NCBI GenBank assembly: GCA_964016885.1
Contig: OZ024744.1
Location: forward strand, 1,860,001-1,924,000
Reading direction: 5' to 3'
DNA from: Eledone cirrhosa
Lineage: Eukaryota
DNA: 64,000 nucleotides
Position 1 is the stretch's first letter. Each line of letters begins with the position of its first letter. Shown piece after piece: positions 1 through 13,700 of the stretch. The notes beneath the pieces are model-generated. The model made no database searches, was not told where the DNA came from, and saw nothing but the letters and a program-made list of their open reading frames with translations. The translations under genes and the position numbers were made by a program.

Positions 1-3000
1 TCTTCCCCCAAAACTTCGTTCTTCACCAAGCTATCTTTCTCTACATTGTCTTCCCCAAAACTTCGTTCTTCACCAAGCTATCTTTCTCTACCTTGTCTTC
101 CCCCAAAACTTCGTTGTTCACCAAGCTATCTTTCTCTACCTTGTCTTCCCCCAAAACTTCGTTCTTCACCAAGCTATCTTTCTCTACCTTGTCTTCCCCA
201 AAACTTCGTTCTTCACCAAGCTATCTTTCTCTACCTTGTCTTCCCCCAAAACTTCGTTCTTCACCAAGCTATCTTTCTCTACCTTGTCTTCCCCCAAAAC
301 TTCGTTCTTCACCAAGCTATCTTTCTCTACCTTGTCTTCCCCCAAAACTTCATTGTTCACCAAGCTATCTTTCTCTACCTTGTCTTCCCACAAAACTTCG
401 TTCTTCACCAAGCTATCTTTCTCTACCTTGTCTTCCCACAAAACGTCGTTCTTCACCAAGCTATCTTTCTCTACCTTGTCTTCCCTCAAAACTTCGTTCT
501 TCACCAAGCTATCTTTCTCTACATTGTCTTCCCCAAAACTTCGTTCTTCACCAAGCTATCTTTCTCTACCTTGTCTTCCCCCAAAACTTCGTTCTTCACC
601 AAGCTATCTTTCTCTACCTTGTCTTCCCCCAAAACTTCGTTCTTCACCAAGCTATCTTTCTCTACCTTGTCTTCCCCCAAAACTTCGTTCTTCACCAAGC
701 TATCTTTCTCTACCTTGTCTTCCCCCAAAACTTCGTTCTTCACCAAGTCATCTTTCTCTACCTTGTCATCCCTCAAAACTTCGTTCTTCACCAATCTATC
801 TTTCTCTACCTTGTCTTCCCCCAAAACTTCGTTCTTCACCAAGCTATCTTTCTCTAGCTTGTCTTCCCACAAAACGTCGTTCTTCACCAAGCTATCTTTC
901 TCTACCTTGTCTTCCCTCAAAACGTCGTTCTTCACCAAGCTATCTTTCTCTACCTTGTCTTCCCTCAAAACATCGTTCTTCACCAAGCTATCTTTCTCTA
1001 CCTTGTCTTCTCCCAAAACTTCGTTATTCACCAAGCTATCTTTCTCTACCTTGTCTTCCCTCAAAACTTCGTTCTTCACCAAGCTATCTTTCTCTACTTT
1101 GTCTTCCCCCAAAACTTCGTTCTTCACCAAGCTATCTTTCTCTACCTTGTCTTCCCCCAAAACTTCGTTCTTCACCAAGCTATCTTTCTGTAGCTTGTCT
1201 TCACACAAAACTTCGTTCTTCACCAAGCTATCTTTCTCTACCTTGTCTTCCCACAAAACGTCATTCTTCACCAAGCTATCTTTCTCTACCTTGTCTTCCC
1301 TCAAAACGTCGTTCTTCACCAAGCTATCTTTCTCTACCTTGTCTTCCCTCAAAACGTCGTTCTTCACCAAGCTATCTTTCTCTACCTTGTCTTCTCCCAA
1401 AACTTCGTTATTCACCAAGCTATCTTTCTCTACCTTGTCTTCCCTCAAACCTTCGTTCTTCACCAATCTATCTTTCTCTACCTTGTCTTCCCCCAAAACT
1501 TCGTTCTTCACCAAGCTATCTTTCTCTAGCTTGTCTTCCCACAAAACGTCGTTCTTCACCAAGCTATCTTTCTCTACCTTGTCTTCCCTCAAAACGTCGT
1601 TCTTCACCAAGCTATCTTTCTCTACCTTGTCTTCCCTCAAACTTCGTTCTTCACCAAGCTATCTTTCTCTACCTTGTCTTCTCCCAAAACTTCGTTATTC
1701 ACCAAGCTATCTTTCTCTACCTTGTCTTCCCTCAAAACTTCGTTCTTCACCAAGCTATCTTTCTCTACTTTGTCTTCCCCCAAAACTTCGTTCTTCACCA
1801 AGCTATCTTTCTCTACCTTGTCTTCCCCCAAAACTTCGTTCTTCACCAAGCTATCTTTCTGTAGCTTGTCTTCACACAAAACTTCGTTCTTCACCAAGCT
1901 ATCTTTCTCTACCTTGTCTTCTCCCAAAACTTCGTTCTTCACCAAGCTATCTTTCTCTACCTTGTCTTCCCTCAGAACTTCGTTCTTCAACAAGCTATCT
2001 TTCTCTACCTTGTCTTCCCCCCAAACTTCGTTCTTCACCAAGCTATCTTTCTCTACATTGTCCTCCCCAAAACTTCGTTCTTCACCAAGCTATCTTTCTC
2101 TACCTTGTCTTCCCTCAAAACGTCGTTCTTCACCAAGCTATCCTTCTCTACCTTGTCTTCTCCCAAAACTTCGTTATTCACCAAGCTATCTTTCTCTACC
2201 TTGTCTTCCCTCAAACCTTCGTTCTTCACCAAGCTATCTTTCTCTACCTTGTCTTCCCCCAAAACTTCGTTCTTCACCAAGCTATCTTTCTCTACATTGT
2301 CTTCCCCAAAACTTCGTTCTTCACCAAGCTATCTTTCTCTACCTTGTCTTCCCCCAAAACTTCGTTGTTCACCAAGCTATCTTTCTCTACCTTGTCTTCC
2401 CCCAAAACTTCGTTCTTCACCAAGCTATCTTTCTCTACCTTGTCTTCCCCAAAACTTCGTTCTTCACCAAGCTATCTTTCTCTACCTTGTCTTCCCCCAA
2501 AACTTCGTTCTTCACCAAGCTATCTTTCTCTACCTTGTCTTCCCCCAAAACTTCGTTCTTCACCAAGCTATCTTTCTCTACCTTGTCTTCCCCCAAAACT
2601 TCATTGTTCACCAAGCTATCTTTCTCTACCTTGTCTTCCCACAAAACTTCGTTCTTCACCAAGCTATCTTTCTCTACCTTGTCTTCCCACAAAACGTCGT
2701 TCTTCACCAAGCTATCTTTCTCTACCTTGTCTTCCCTCAAAACTTCGTTCTTCACCAAGCTATCTTTCTCTACATTGTCTTCCCCAAAACTTCGTTCTTC
2801 ACCAAGCTATCTTTCTCTACCTTGTCTTCCCCCAAAACTTCGTTCTTCACCAAGCTATCTTTCTCTACCTTGTCTTCCCCCAAAACTTCGTTCTTCACCA
2901 AGCTATCTTTCTCTACCTTGTCTTCCCCCAAAACTTCGTTCTTCACCAAGCTATCTTTCTCTACCTTGTCTTCCCCCAAAACTTCGTTCTTCACCAAGTC

Positions 3001-3106
3001 ATCTTTCTCTACCTTGTCATCCCTCAAAACTTCGTTCTTCACCAATCTATCTTTCTCTACCTTGTCTTCCCCCAAAACTTCGTTCTTCACCAAGCTATCT
3101 TTCTCT
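1..3106. repeat. Block duplication, offset 2251 bp (47 monomers): ~1-855 repeated at ~2252-3106
   Basis: Identical - strand ORFs 184..507 and 2435..2758. The same order of variants (TTCGTTGTTC, 4-C unit, TTCATTG, AAGTCATC, CAATCT) occurs in both. Confidence 0.85.
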
Positions 3107-3109
3107 ACC

Positions 3110-3785
3110 TTGTCTTCCCTCAAAACATCGTTCTTCACCAAGCTATCTTTCTCTACCTTGTCTTCTCCCAAAACTTCGTTATTCACCAAGCTATCTTTCT
3201 CTACCTTGTCTTCCCTCAAAACTTCGTTCTTCACCAAGCTATCTTTCTCTACTTTGTCTTCCCCCAAAACTTCGTTCTTCACCAAGCTATCTTTCTCTAC
3301 CTTGTCTTCCCCCAAAACTTCGTTCTTCACCAAGCTATCTTTCTGTAGCTTGTCTTCACACAAAACTTCGTTCTTCACCAAGCTATCTTTCTCTACCTTG
3401 TCTTCCCACAAAACGTCATTCTTCACCAAGCTATCTTTCTCTACCTTGTCTTCCCTCAAAACGTCGTTCTTCACCAAGCTATCTTTCTCTACCTTGTCTT
3501 CCCTCAAAACATCGTTCTTCACCAAGCTATCTTTCTCTACCTTGTCTTCTCCCAAAACTTCGTTATTCACCAAGCTATCTTTCTCTACCTTGTCTTCCCT
3601 CAAAACTTCGTTCTTCACCAAGCTATCTTTCTCTACTTTGTCTTCCCCCAAAACTTCGTTCTTCACCAAGCTATCTTTCTCTACCTTGTCTTCCCCCAAA
3701 ACTTCGTTCTTCACCAAGCTATCTTTCTGTAGCTTGTCTTCACACAAAACTTCGTTCTTCACCAAGCTATCTTTCTCTACCTTGT
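3110..3785. repeat. Local duplication, offset 384 bp (8 monomers)
   Basis: The variant string ACATCG, CTCCC/TTATT, ACTTTG, CTGTAGC/TCACAC starts at ~3121 and again at ~3505. Confidence 0.8.
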
Positions 3786-4742
3786 CTTCCCTCAAAACGT
3801 CGTTCTTCACCAAGCTATCTTTCTCTACCTTGTCTTCTCCCAAAACTTCGTTATTCACCAAGCTATCTTTCTCTACCTTGTCTTCCCTCAAACCTTCGTT
3901 CTTCACCAAGCTATCTTTCTCTACCTTGTCTTCCCCCAAAACTTCGTTCTTCACCAAGCTATCTTTCTCTACATTGTCTTCCCCAAAACTTCGTTCTTCA
4001 CCAAGCTATCTTTCTCTACCTTGTCTTCCCCCAAAACTTCATTGTTCACCAAGCTATCTTTCTCTACCTTGTCTTCCCACAAAACTTCGTTCTTCACCAA
4101 GCTATCTTTCTCTACCTTGTCTTCCCACAAAACGTCGTTCTTCACCAAGCTATCTTTCTCTACCTTGTCTTCCCTCAAAACTTCGTTCTTCACCAAGCTA
4201 TCCTTCTCTACATTGTCTTCCCCAAAACTTCGTTCTTCACCAAGCTATCTTTCTCTACCTTGTCTTCCCCCAAAACTTCGTTCTTCACCAAGCTATCTTT
4301 CTCTACCTTGTCTTCCCCCAAAACTTCGTTCTTCACCAAGCTATCTTTCTCTACCTTGTCTTCCCCCAAAACTTCGTTCTTCACCAAGCTATCTTTCTCT
4401 ACCTTGTCTTCCCACAAAACTTCGTTCTTCACCAAGCTATCTTTCTCTACCTTGTCTTCCCTCAAAACGTCGTTCTTCACCAAGCTATCTTTCTCTACCT
4501 TGTCTTCTCCCAAAACTTCGTTATTCACCAAGCTATCTTTCTCTACCTTGTCTTCCCTCAAACCTTCGTTCTTCACCAAGCTATCTTTCTCTACCTTGTC
4601 TTCCCCCAAAACTTCGTTCTTCACCAAGCTATCTTTCTCTACATTGTCTTCCCCAAAACTTCGTTCTTCACCAAGCTATCTTTCTCTACCTTGTCTTCCC
4701 CCAAAACTTCATTGTTCACCAAGCTATCTTTCTCTACCTTGT

Positions 4743-7700
4743 CTTCCCCCAAAACTTCGTTCTTCACCAAGCTATCTTTCTCTACCTTGTCTTCCCCCAA
4801 AACTTCGTTCTTCACCAAGCTATCTTTCTCTACCTTGTCTTCCCACAAAACTTCGTTCTTCACCAAGCTATCTTTCTCTACCTTGTCTTCCCACAAAACG
4901 TCGTTCTTCACCAAGCTATCTTTCTCTACCTTGACTTCCCTCAAAACTTCGTTCTTCACCAAGCTATCTTTCTCTACCTTGTCTTCCCCCAAAACTTCGT
5001 TCTTCACCAAGCTATCTTTCTCTACCTTGTCTTCCCTCAACACTTCGTTCTTCACCAAGCTATCTTTCTCGACCTTGTCTTCTCCCAAAACTTCGTTATT
5101 CACCAAGCTATCTTTCTCTACCTTGTCTTCCCTCAAAACTTCGTTCTTCACCAAGCTATCTTTCTCTACCTTGTCTTCCCACAAAACGTCATTCTTCACC
5201 AAGCTATCTTTCTCTACCTTGTCTTCCGTCAAACCTTCGTTCTTCACCAAGCTATCTTTCTCTACCTTGTCTTCCCTCAAAACGTCGTTCTTCACCAAGC
5301 TATCTTTCTCTACCTTGTCCTCCCACAAAACTTCGTTCTTCACCAAGCTATCTTTCTCTACCTTGTCTTCCCCCAAAACTTCGTTCTTCGCAAGATATCT
5401 TTCTCTACCTTGTCTTCCCACAAAACGTCGTTCTTCACCAAGCTATCTTTCTCTACCTTGTCTTCCCTCAGAACTTCGTTCTTCACCAAGCTATCTTTCT
5501 CTACCTTGTCTTCCCCAAAACTTCGTTCTTCACCAAGCTATCTTTCTCTACATTGTCTTCCCCAAAACTTCGTTCTTCACCAAGCTATCTTTCTCTACCT
5601 TGTCTTCCCTCAAAACGTCGTTCTTCACCAAGCTATCTTTCTCTACCTTGTCTTCCCCCAAAACTTCGTTCTTCACCAAGCTATCTTTCTCTACCTTGTC
5701 TTCCCCCAAAACTTCGTTCTTCACCAAGTCATCTTTCTCTACCTTGTCATCCCACAAAACGTCGTTCTTCACCAAGCTATCTTTCTCTATTTTGTCTTCC
5801 CTCAAAACGTCGTTCTTCACCAAGCTATCTTTCTCTACCTTGTCTTCCCTCAAAATGTCGTTCTTCACCAAGCTATCTTTCTCGACCTTGTCTTCTCCCA
5901 AAACTTCGTTATTCAGCAAGCTATCTTTCTCTACCTTGTCTTCCCTCAAAACTTCGTTCTTCACCAAGCTATCTTTCTCTACCTTGTCTTCCCCCAAAAC
6001 TTCGTTCTTCACCAAGCTATCTTTCTCTACCTTGTCTTCTCCCAAAACTTCGTTATTCACCAAGCTATCTTTCTCTACCTTGTCTTCCCTCAAAACTTCG
6101 TTCTTCACCAAGCTATCTTTCTCTACCTTGTCTTCCCCCAAAACTTCGTTCTTCACCAAGCTATCTTTCTCTACCTTGTCTTCCGTCAAAACTTCGTTCT
6201 TCACCAAGATATCTTTCTCTACCTTGTCTTCTCCCAAAACTTCGTTCTTCACCAAGCTATCTTTCTCTACCTTGTCTTCCCTCAGAACTTCGTTCTTCAA
6301 CAAGCTATCTTTCTCTACCTTGTCTTCCCCCCAAACTTCGTTCTTCACCAAGCTATCTTTCTCTACATTGTCCTCCCCAAAACTTCGTTCTTCACCAAGC
6401 TATCTTTCTCTACCTTGTCTTCCCTCAAAACGTCGTTCTTCACCAAGCTATCCTTCTCTACCTTGTCTTCTCCCAAAACTTCGTTATTCACCAAGCTATC
6501 TTTCTCTACCTTGTCTTCCCTCAAACCTTCGTTCTTCACCAAGCTATCTTTCTCTACCTTGTCTTCCCCCAAAACTTCGTTCTTCACCAAGCTATCTTTC
6601 TCTACCTTGTCTTCCCCCAAAACTTCGTTCTTCACCAAGCTATCTTTCTCTACCTTGTCTTCCCCCAAAACTTCGTTCTTCACCAAGCTATCTTTCTCTA
6701 CCTTGTCTTCCCACAAAACGTCATTCTTCACCAAGCTATCTTTCTCTACCTTGTCTTCCGTCAAAACTTCGTTCTTCACCAAGATATCTTTCTCTACCTT
6801 GTCTTCTCCCAAAACTTCGTTCTTCACCAAGCTATCTTTCTCTACCTTGTCTTCCCTCAGAACTTCGTTCTTCAACAAGCTATCTTTCTCTACCTTGTCT
6901 TCCCCCCAAACTTCGTTCTTCACCAAGCTATCTTTCTCTACATTGTCCTCCCCAAAACTTCGTTCTTCACCAAGCTATCTTTCTCTACCTTGTCTTCCCT
7001 CAAAACGTCGTTCTTCACCAAGCTATCCTTCTCTGCCTTGTCTTCTCCCAAAACTTCGTTATTCACCAAGCTATCTTTCTCTACCTTGTTTTCCCTCAAA
7101 CCTTCGTTCTTCACCAAGCTATCTTTCACTACCTTGTCTTCCCCCAAAACTTCGTTCTTCACCAAGCTATCTTTCTCTACATTGTCTTCCCCAAAACTTC
7201 GTTCTTCACCAAGCTATCTTTCTCTACCTTGTCTTCCCCCAAAACTTCGGTGTTCACCAAGCTATCTTTCTCTACGTTGTCTTCCCCCAAAACTTCGTTC
7301 TTCACCAAGCTATCTTTCTCTACCTTGTCTTCCCCAAAACATCGTTCTTCACCAAGCTATCTTTCTCTACCTTGTCTTCCCCCAAAACTTCGTTCTTCAC
7401 CAAGCTATCTTTCTCTACCTTGTCTTCCCCCAAAACTTCGTTCTTCACCAAGCTATCTTTCTCTACCTTGTCTTTCCCCAAAACTTCGTTCTTCACCAAG
7501 CTATCTTTCTCTACCTTGTCTTCCCACAAAACTTCGTTCTTCACCAAGCTATCTTTCTCTACCTTGTCTTCCCACAAAACGTCGTTCTTCACCAAGCTAT
7601 CTTTCTCTACCTTGTCTTCCCTCAAAACTTCGTTCTTCACCAAGCTATCTTTCTCTACATTGTCTTCCCCAAAACTTCGTTCTTCACCAAGCTATCTTTC

Positions 7701-10700
7701 TCTACCTTGTCTTCCCCCAAAACTTCGTTCTTCACCAAGCTATCTTTCTCTACCTTGTCTTCCCCCAAAACTTCGTTCTTCACCAAGCTATCTTTCTCTA
7801 CCTTGTCTTCCCCCAAAACTTCGTTCTTCACCAAGCTATCTTTCTCTACCTTGTATTCCCACAAAACTTCGTTCTTCACCAAAGCTATCTTTCTCTACCT
7901 TGTCTTCCCTCAAAACGTCGTTCTTCACCAAGCTATCTTTCTCTACCTTGTCTTCTCCCAAAACTTCGTTATTCACCAAGCTATCTTTCTCTACCTTGTC
8001 TTCCCTCAAACCTTCGTTCTTCACCAAGCTATCTTTCTCTACCTTGTCTTCCCCCAAAACTTCGTTCTTCACCTAGCTATCTTTCTCTACATTGTCTTCC
8101 CCAAAACTTCGTTCTTCACCAAGCTATCTTTCTCTACCTTGTCTTCCCCCAAAACTTCATTGTTCACCAAGCTATCTTTCTCTACCTTGTCTTCCCACAA
8201 AACTTCGTTCTTCACCAAGCTATCTTTCTCTACCTTGTCTTCCCACAAAACGTCGTTCTTCACCAAGCTATCTTTCTCTACCTTGTCTTCCCTCAAAACT
8301 TCGTTCTTCACAAAGCTATCTTTCTCTACATTGTCTTCCCCAAAACTTCGTTCTTCACCAAGCTATCTTTCTCTACCTTGTCTTCCCCCAAAACTTCGTT
8401 CTTCACCAAGCTATCTTTCTCTACCTTGTCTTCCCCCAAAACTTCGTTCTTCACCAAGCTATCTTTCTCTACCTTGTCTTCCCCCAAAACTTCGTTCTTC
8501 ACCAAGCTATCTTTCTCTACCTTGTCTTCCCACAAAACTTCGTTCTTCACCAAGCTATCTTTCTCTACCTTGTCTTCCCTCAAAACGTCGTTCTTCACCA
8601 AGCTATCTTTCTCTACCTTGTCTTCTCCCAAAACTTCGTTATTCACCAAGCTATCTTTCTCTACCTTGTCTTCCCTCAAACCTTCGTTCTTCACCAAGCT
8701 ATCTTTCTCTACCTTGTCTTCCCCCAAAACTTCGTTCTTCACCAAGCTATCTTTCTCTACATTGTCTTCCCCAAAACTTCGTTCTTCACCAAGTTATCTT
8801 TCTCTACCTTGTCTTCCCCCAAAACTTCATTGTTCACCAAGCTATCTTTCTCTACCTTGTCTTCCCCCAAAACTTCGTTCTTCACCAAGCTATCTTTCTC
8901 TACCTTGTCTTCCCCCAAAACTTCGTTCTTCACCAAGCTATCTTTCTCTACCTTGTCTTCCCACAAAACTTCGTTCTTCACCAAGCTATCTTTCACTACC
9001 TTGTCTTCCCACAAAACGTCGTTCTTCACCAAGCTATCTTTGTCTACCTTCACTTCCCTCAAAACTTCGTTCTTCACCAAGCTATCTTTCTCTACCTTGT
9101 CTTCCCCCAAAACTTCGTTCTTCACCAAGCTATCTTTCTCTACCTTGTCTTCCCTCAACACTTCGTTCTTCACCAAGCTATCTTTCTCGACCTTGTCTTC
9201 TCCCAAAACTTCGTTATTCACCAAGCTATCTTTCTCTACCTTGTCTTCCCTCAAAACTTCGTTCTTCACCAAGCTATCTTTCTCTACCTTGTCTTCCCAC
9301 AAAACGTCATTCTTCACCAAGCTATCTTTCTCTACCTTGTCTTCCGTCAAACCTTCGTTCTTCACCAAGCTATCTTTCTCTACCTTGTCTTCCCTCAAAA
9401 CGTCGTTCTTCACCAAGCTATCTTTCTCTACCTTGTCCTCCCACAAAACTTCGTTCTTCACCAAGCTATCTTTCTCTACCTTGTCTTCCCCCAAAACTTC
9501 GTTCTTCGCAAGCTATCTTTCTCTACCTTGTCTTCCGTCAAAACTTCGTTCTTCACCAAGATATCTTTCTCTACCTTGTCTTCCCACAAAACGTCGTTCT
9601 TCACCAAGCTATCTTTCTCTACCTTGTCTTCCCTTAGAACTTCGTTCTTCACCAAGCTATCTTTCTCTACCTTGTCTTCCCCCAAAACATCGTTCTTCAC
9701 CAAGCTATCTTTCTCTACATTGTCTTCCCCAAAACTTCGTTCTTCACCAAGCTATCTTTCTCTACCTTGTCTTCCCTCAAAACGTCGTTCTTCACCAAGC
9801 TATCTTTCTCTACCTTGTCTTCCCCCAAAACTTCGTTCTTCACCAAGCTATCTTTCTCTACCTTGTCTTCCCCCAAAACTTCGTTCTTCACCAAGTCATC
9901 TTTCTCTACCTTGTCATCCCACAAAACGTCGTTCTTCACCAAGCTATCTTTCTCTATTTTGTCTTCCCTCAAAACGTCGTTCTTCACCAAGCTATCTTTC
10001 TCTACCTTGTCTTCCCTCAAAATTTCGTTCTTCACCAAGCTATCTTTCTCGACCTTGTCTTCTCCCAAAACTTCGTTATTCAGCAAGCTATCTTTCTCTA
10101 CCTTGTCTTCCCTCAAAACTTCGTTCTTCACCAAGCTATCTTTCTCTACCTTGCCTTCCCCCAAAACTTCGTTCTTCACCAAGCTATCTTTCTCTACCTT
10201 GTCTTCCCCCAAAACTTCGTTCTTCACCAAGCTATCTTTCTCTACCTTGTCTTCCCCCAAAACTTCGTTCTTCACCATGTCATCTTTCTCTACCTTGTCA
10301 TCCCTCAAAACTTCGTTCTTCACCAATCTATCTTTCTCTACCTTTTATTCCCCCAAAACTTCGTTCTTCACCAAGCTATCTTTCTCTACCTTGTCTTCCC
10401 CCAAAACTTCGTTCTTCACCAAGCTATCTTTCTCTACCTTGTCTTCCCACAAAACGTCATTCTTCACCAAGCTATCTTTCTCTACCTTGTCTTCCGTCAA
10501 AACTTCGTTCTTCACCAAGCTATCTTTCTCTACCTTGTCTTCCCCCAAAACTTCGTTCTTCACCAAGCTATCTTTCTCTACCTTGTCATCCCCCAAAACT
10601 TCGTTCTTCACCAAGCTATCTTTCTCTACCTTGTCTTCCCCCAAAACTTCGTTCTTCACCAAGTCATCTTTCTCTACCTTGTCATCCCTCAAAACTTCGT

Positions 10701-13700
10701 TATTCACCAATCTATCTTTCTCTACCTTGTCTTCCCCCAAAACTTCGTTCTTCACCAAGCTATCTTTCTCTACCTTGTCTTCCCACAAAACTTCGTTCTT
10801 CACCAAGCTATCTTTCTCTACCTTGTCTTCCCACAAAACGTCGTTCTTCACCAAGCTATCTTTCTCTACCTTGACTTCCCTCAAAACTTCGTTCTTCACC
10901 AAGCTATCTTTCTCTACCTTGTCTTCCCCCAAAACTTCGTTCTTCACCAAGCTATCTTTCTCTACCTTGTCTTCCCCCAAAACTTCGTTGTTCACCAAGC
11001 TATCTTTCTCTACCTTGTCTTCCCCCAAAACTTCGTTCTTCACCAAGCTATCTTTCTCTACCTTGTCTTCCCCAAAACTTCGTTCTTCACCAAGCTATCT
11101 TTCTCTACCTTGTCTTCCCCCAAAACTTCGTTCTTCACCAAGCTATCTTTCTCTACCTTGTCTTCCCCCAAAACTTCGTTCTTCACCAAGCTATCTTTCT
11201 CTACCTTGTCTTCCCCCAAAACTTCGTTCTTCACCAAGCTATCTTTCTCTACCTTGTCTTCCCACAAAACTTCGTTCTTCACCAAGCTATCTTTCTCTAC
11301 CTTGTCTTCCCACAAAACGTCGTTCTTCACCAAGCTATCTTTCTCTACCTTGTCTTCCCTCAAAACTTCGTTCTTCACCAAGCTATCTTTCTCTACATTG
11401 TTTTCCCCAAAACTTCGTTCTTCACCAAGCTATCTTTCTCTACCTTGTCTTCCCCCAAAACTTCGTTCTTCACCAAGCTATCTTTCTCTACCTTGTCTTC
11501 CCCCAAAACTTCGTTCTTCACCAAGCTATCTTTCTCTACCTTGTATTCCCACAAAACTTCGTTCTTCACCAAGCTATCTTTCTCTACCTTGTCTTCCCTC
11601 AAAACGTCGTTCTTCACCAAGCTATCTTTCTCTACCTTGTCTTCTCCCAAAACTTCGTTATTCACCAAGCTATCTTTCTCTACCTTGTCTTCCCTCAAAC
11701 CTTCGTTCTTCACCAAGCTATCTTTCTCTACCTTGCCTTCCCCCAAAACTTCGTTCTTCACCAAGCTATCTTTCTCTACCTTGTCTTCCCCCAAAACTTC
11801 GTTCTTCACCAAGCTATCTTTCTCTACCTTGTCTTCCCACAAAACTTCGTTCTTCACCAAGCTATCTTTCTCTACCTTGTCTTCCCACAAAACGTCGTTC
11901 TTCACCAAGCTATCTTTCTCTACCTTGACTTCCCTCAAAACTTCGTTCTTCACCAAGCTATCTTTCTCTACCTTGTCTTCCCCCAAAACTTCGTTCTTCA
12001 CCAAGCTATCTTTCTCTACCTTGTCTTCCCTCAACACTTCGTTCTTCACCAAGCTATCTTTCTCGACCTTGTCTTCTCCCAAAACTTCGTTATTCACCAA
12101 GCTATCTTTCTCTACCTTGTCTTCCCTCAAAACTTCGTTCTTCACCAAGCTATCTTTCTCTACCTTGTCTTCCCACAAAACGTCATTCTTCACCAAGCTA
12201 TCTTTCTCTACCTTGTCTTCCGTCAAACCTTCGTTCTTCACCAAGCTATCTTTCTCTACCTTGTCTTCCCTCAAAACGTCGTTCTTCACCAAGCTATCTT
12301 TCTCTACCTTGTCCTCCCACAAAACTTCGTTCTTCACCAAGCTATCTTTCTCTACCTTGTCTTCCCCCAAAACTTCGTTCTTCGCAAGATATCTTTCTCT
12401 ACCTTGTCTTCCCACAAAACGTCGTTCTTCACCAAGCTATCTTTCTCTACCTTGTCTTCCCTCAGAACTTCGTTCTTCACCAAGCTATCTTTCTCTACCT
12501 TGTCTTCCCCAAAACTTCGTTCTTCACCAAGCTATCTTTCTCTACATTGTCTTCCCCAAAACTTCGTTCTTCACCAAGCTATCTTTCTCTACCTTGTCTT
12601 CCCTCAAAACGTCGTTCTTCACCAAGCTATCTTTCTCTACCTTGTCTTCCCCCAAAACTTCGTTCTTCACCAAGCTATCTTTCTCTACCTTGTCTTCCCC
12701 CAAAACTTCGTTCTTCACCAAGTCATCTTTCTCTACCTTGTCATCCCACAAAACGTCGTTCTTCACCAAGCTATCTTTCTCTATTTTGTCTTCCCTCAAA
12801 ACGTCGTTCTTCACCAAGCTATCTTTCTCTACCTTGTCTTCCCTCAAAATGTCGTTCTTCACCAAGCTATCTTTCTCGACCTTGTCTTCTCCCAAAACTT
12901 CGTTATTCAGCAAGCTATCTTTCTCTACCTTGTCTTCCCTCAAAACTTCGTTCTTCACCAAGCTATCTTTCTCTACCTTGTCTTCCCCCAAAACTTCGTT
13001 CTTCACCAAGCTATCTTTCTCTACCTTGTCTTCTCCCAAAACTTCGTTATTCACCAAGCTATCTTTCTCTACCTTGTCTTCCCTCAAAACTTCGTTCTTC
13101 ACCAAGCTATCTTTCTCTACCTTGTCTTCCCCCAAAACTTCGTTCTTCACCAAGCTATCTTTCTCTACCTTGTCTTCCGTCAAAACTTCGTTCTTCACCA
13201 AGATATCTTTCTCTACCTTGTCTTCTCCCAAAACTTCGTTCTTCACCAATCTATCGTTCTCTACCTTGTCTTCCCCCAAAACTTCGTTCTTCACCAAGCT
13301 ATCTTTCTCTACCTTGTCTTCCCCCAAAACTTCGTTCTTCACCAAGCTATCTTTCTCTACCTTGTCTTCCCCCAAAACTTCGTTCTTCACCATGTCATCT
13401 TTCTCTACCTTGTCATCCCTCAAAACTTCGTTCTTCACCAATCTATCTTTCTCTACCTTTTATTCCCCCAAAACTTCGTTCTTCACCAAGCTATCTTTCT
13501 CTACCTTGTCTTCCCCCAAAACTTCGTTCTTCACCAAGCTATCTTTCTCTACCTTGTCTTCCCACAAAACGTCATTCTTCACCAAGCTATCTTTCTCTAC
13601 CTTGTCTTCCGTCAAAACTTCGTTCTTCACCAAGCTATCTTTCTCTACCTTGTCTTCCCCCAAAACTTCGTTCTTCACCAAGCTATCTTTCTCTACCTTG

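Noticed and set aside
14-30. CENP-B box-like CTTCGTT
   Set aside because: It matches only the first 7 bases. The required downstream A and CGGG of nTTCGnnnnAnnCGGGn are absent.
519-545. Programmed -1 frameshift at T TTG GGG rescuing one giant - strand protein
   Set aside because: The heptamer is non-canonical (Y=G) and present in intact units too. There is no stimulatory structure. Other indel types and in-frame TAA variants would still break the frame.
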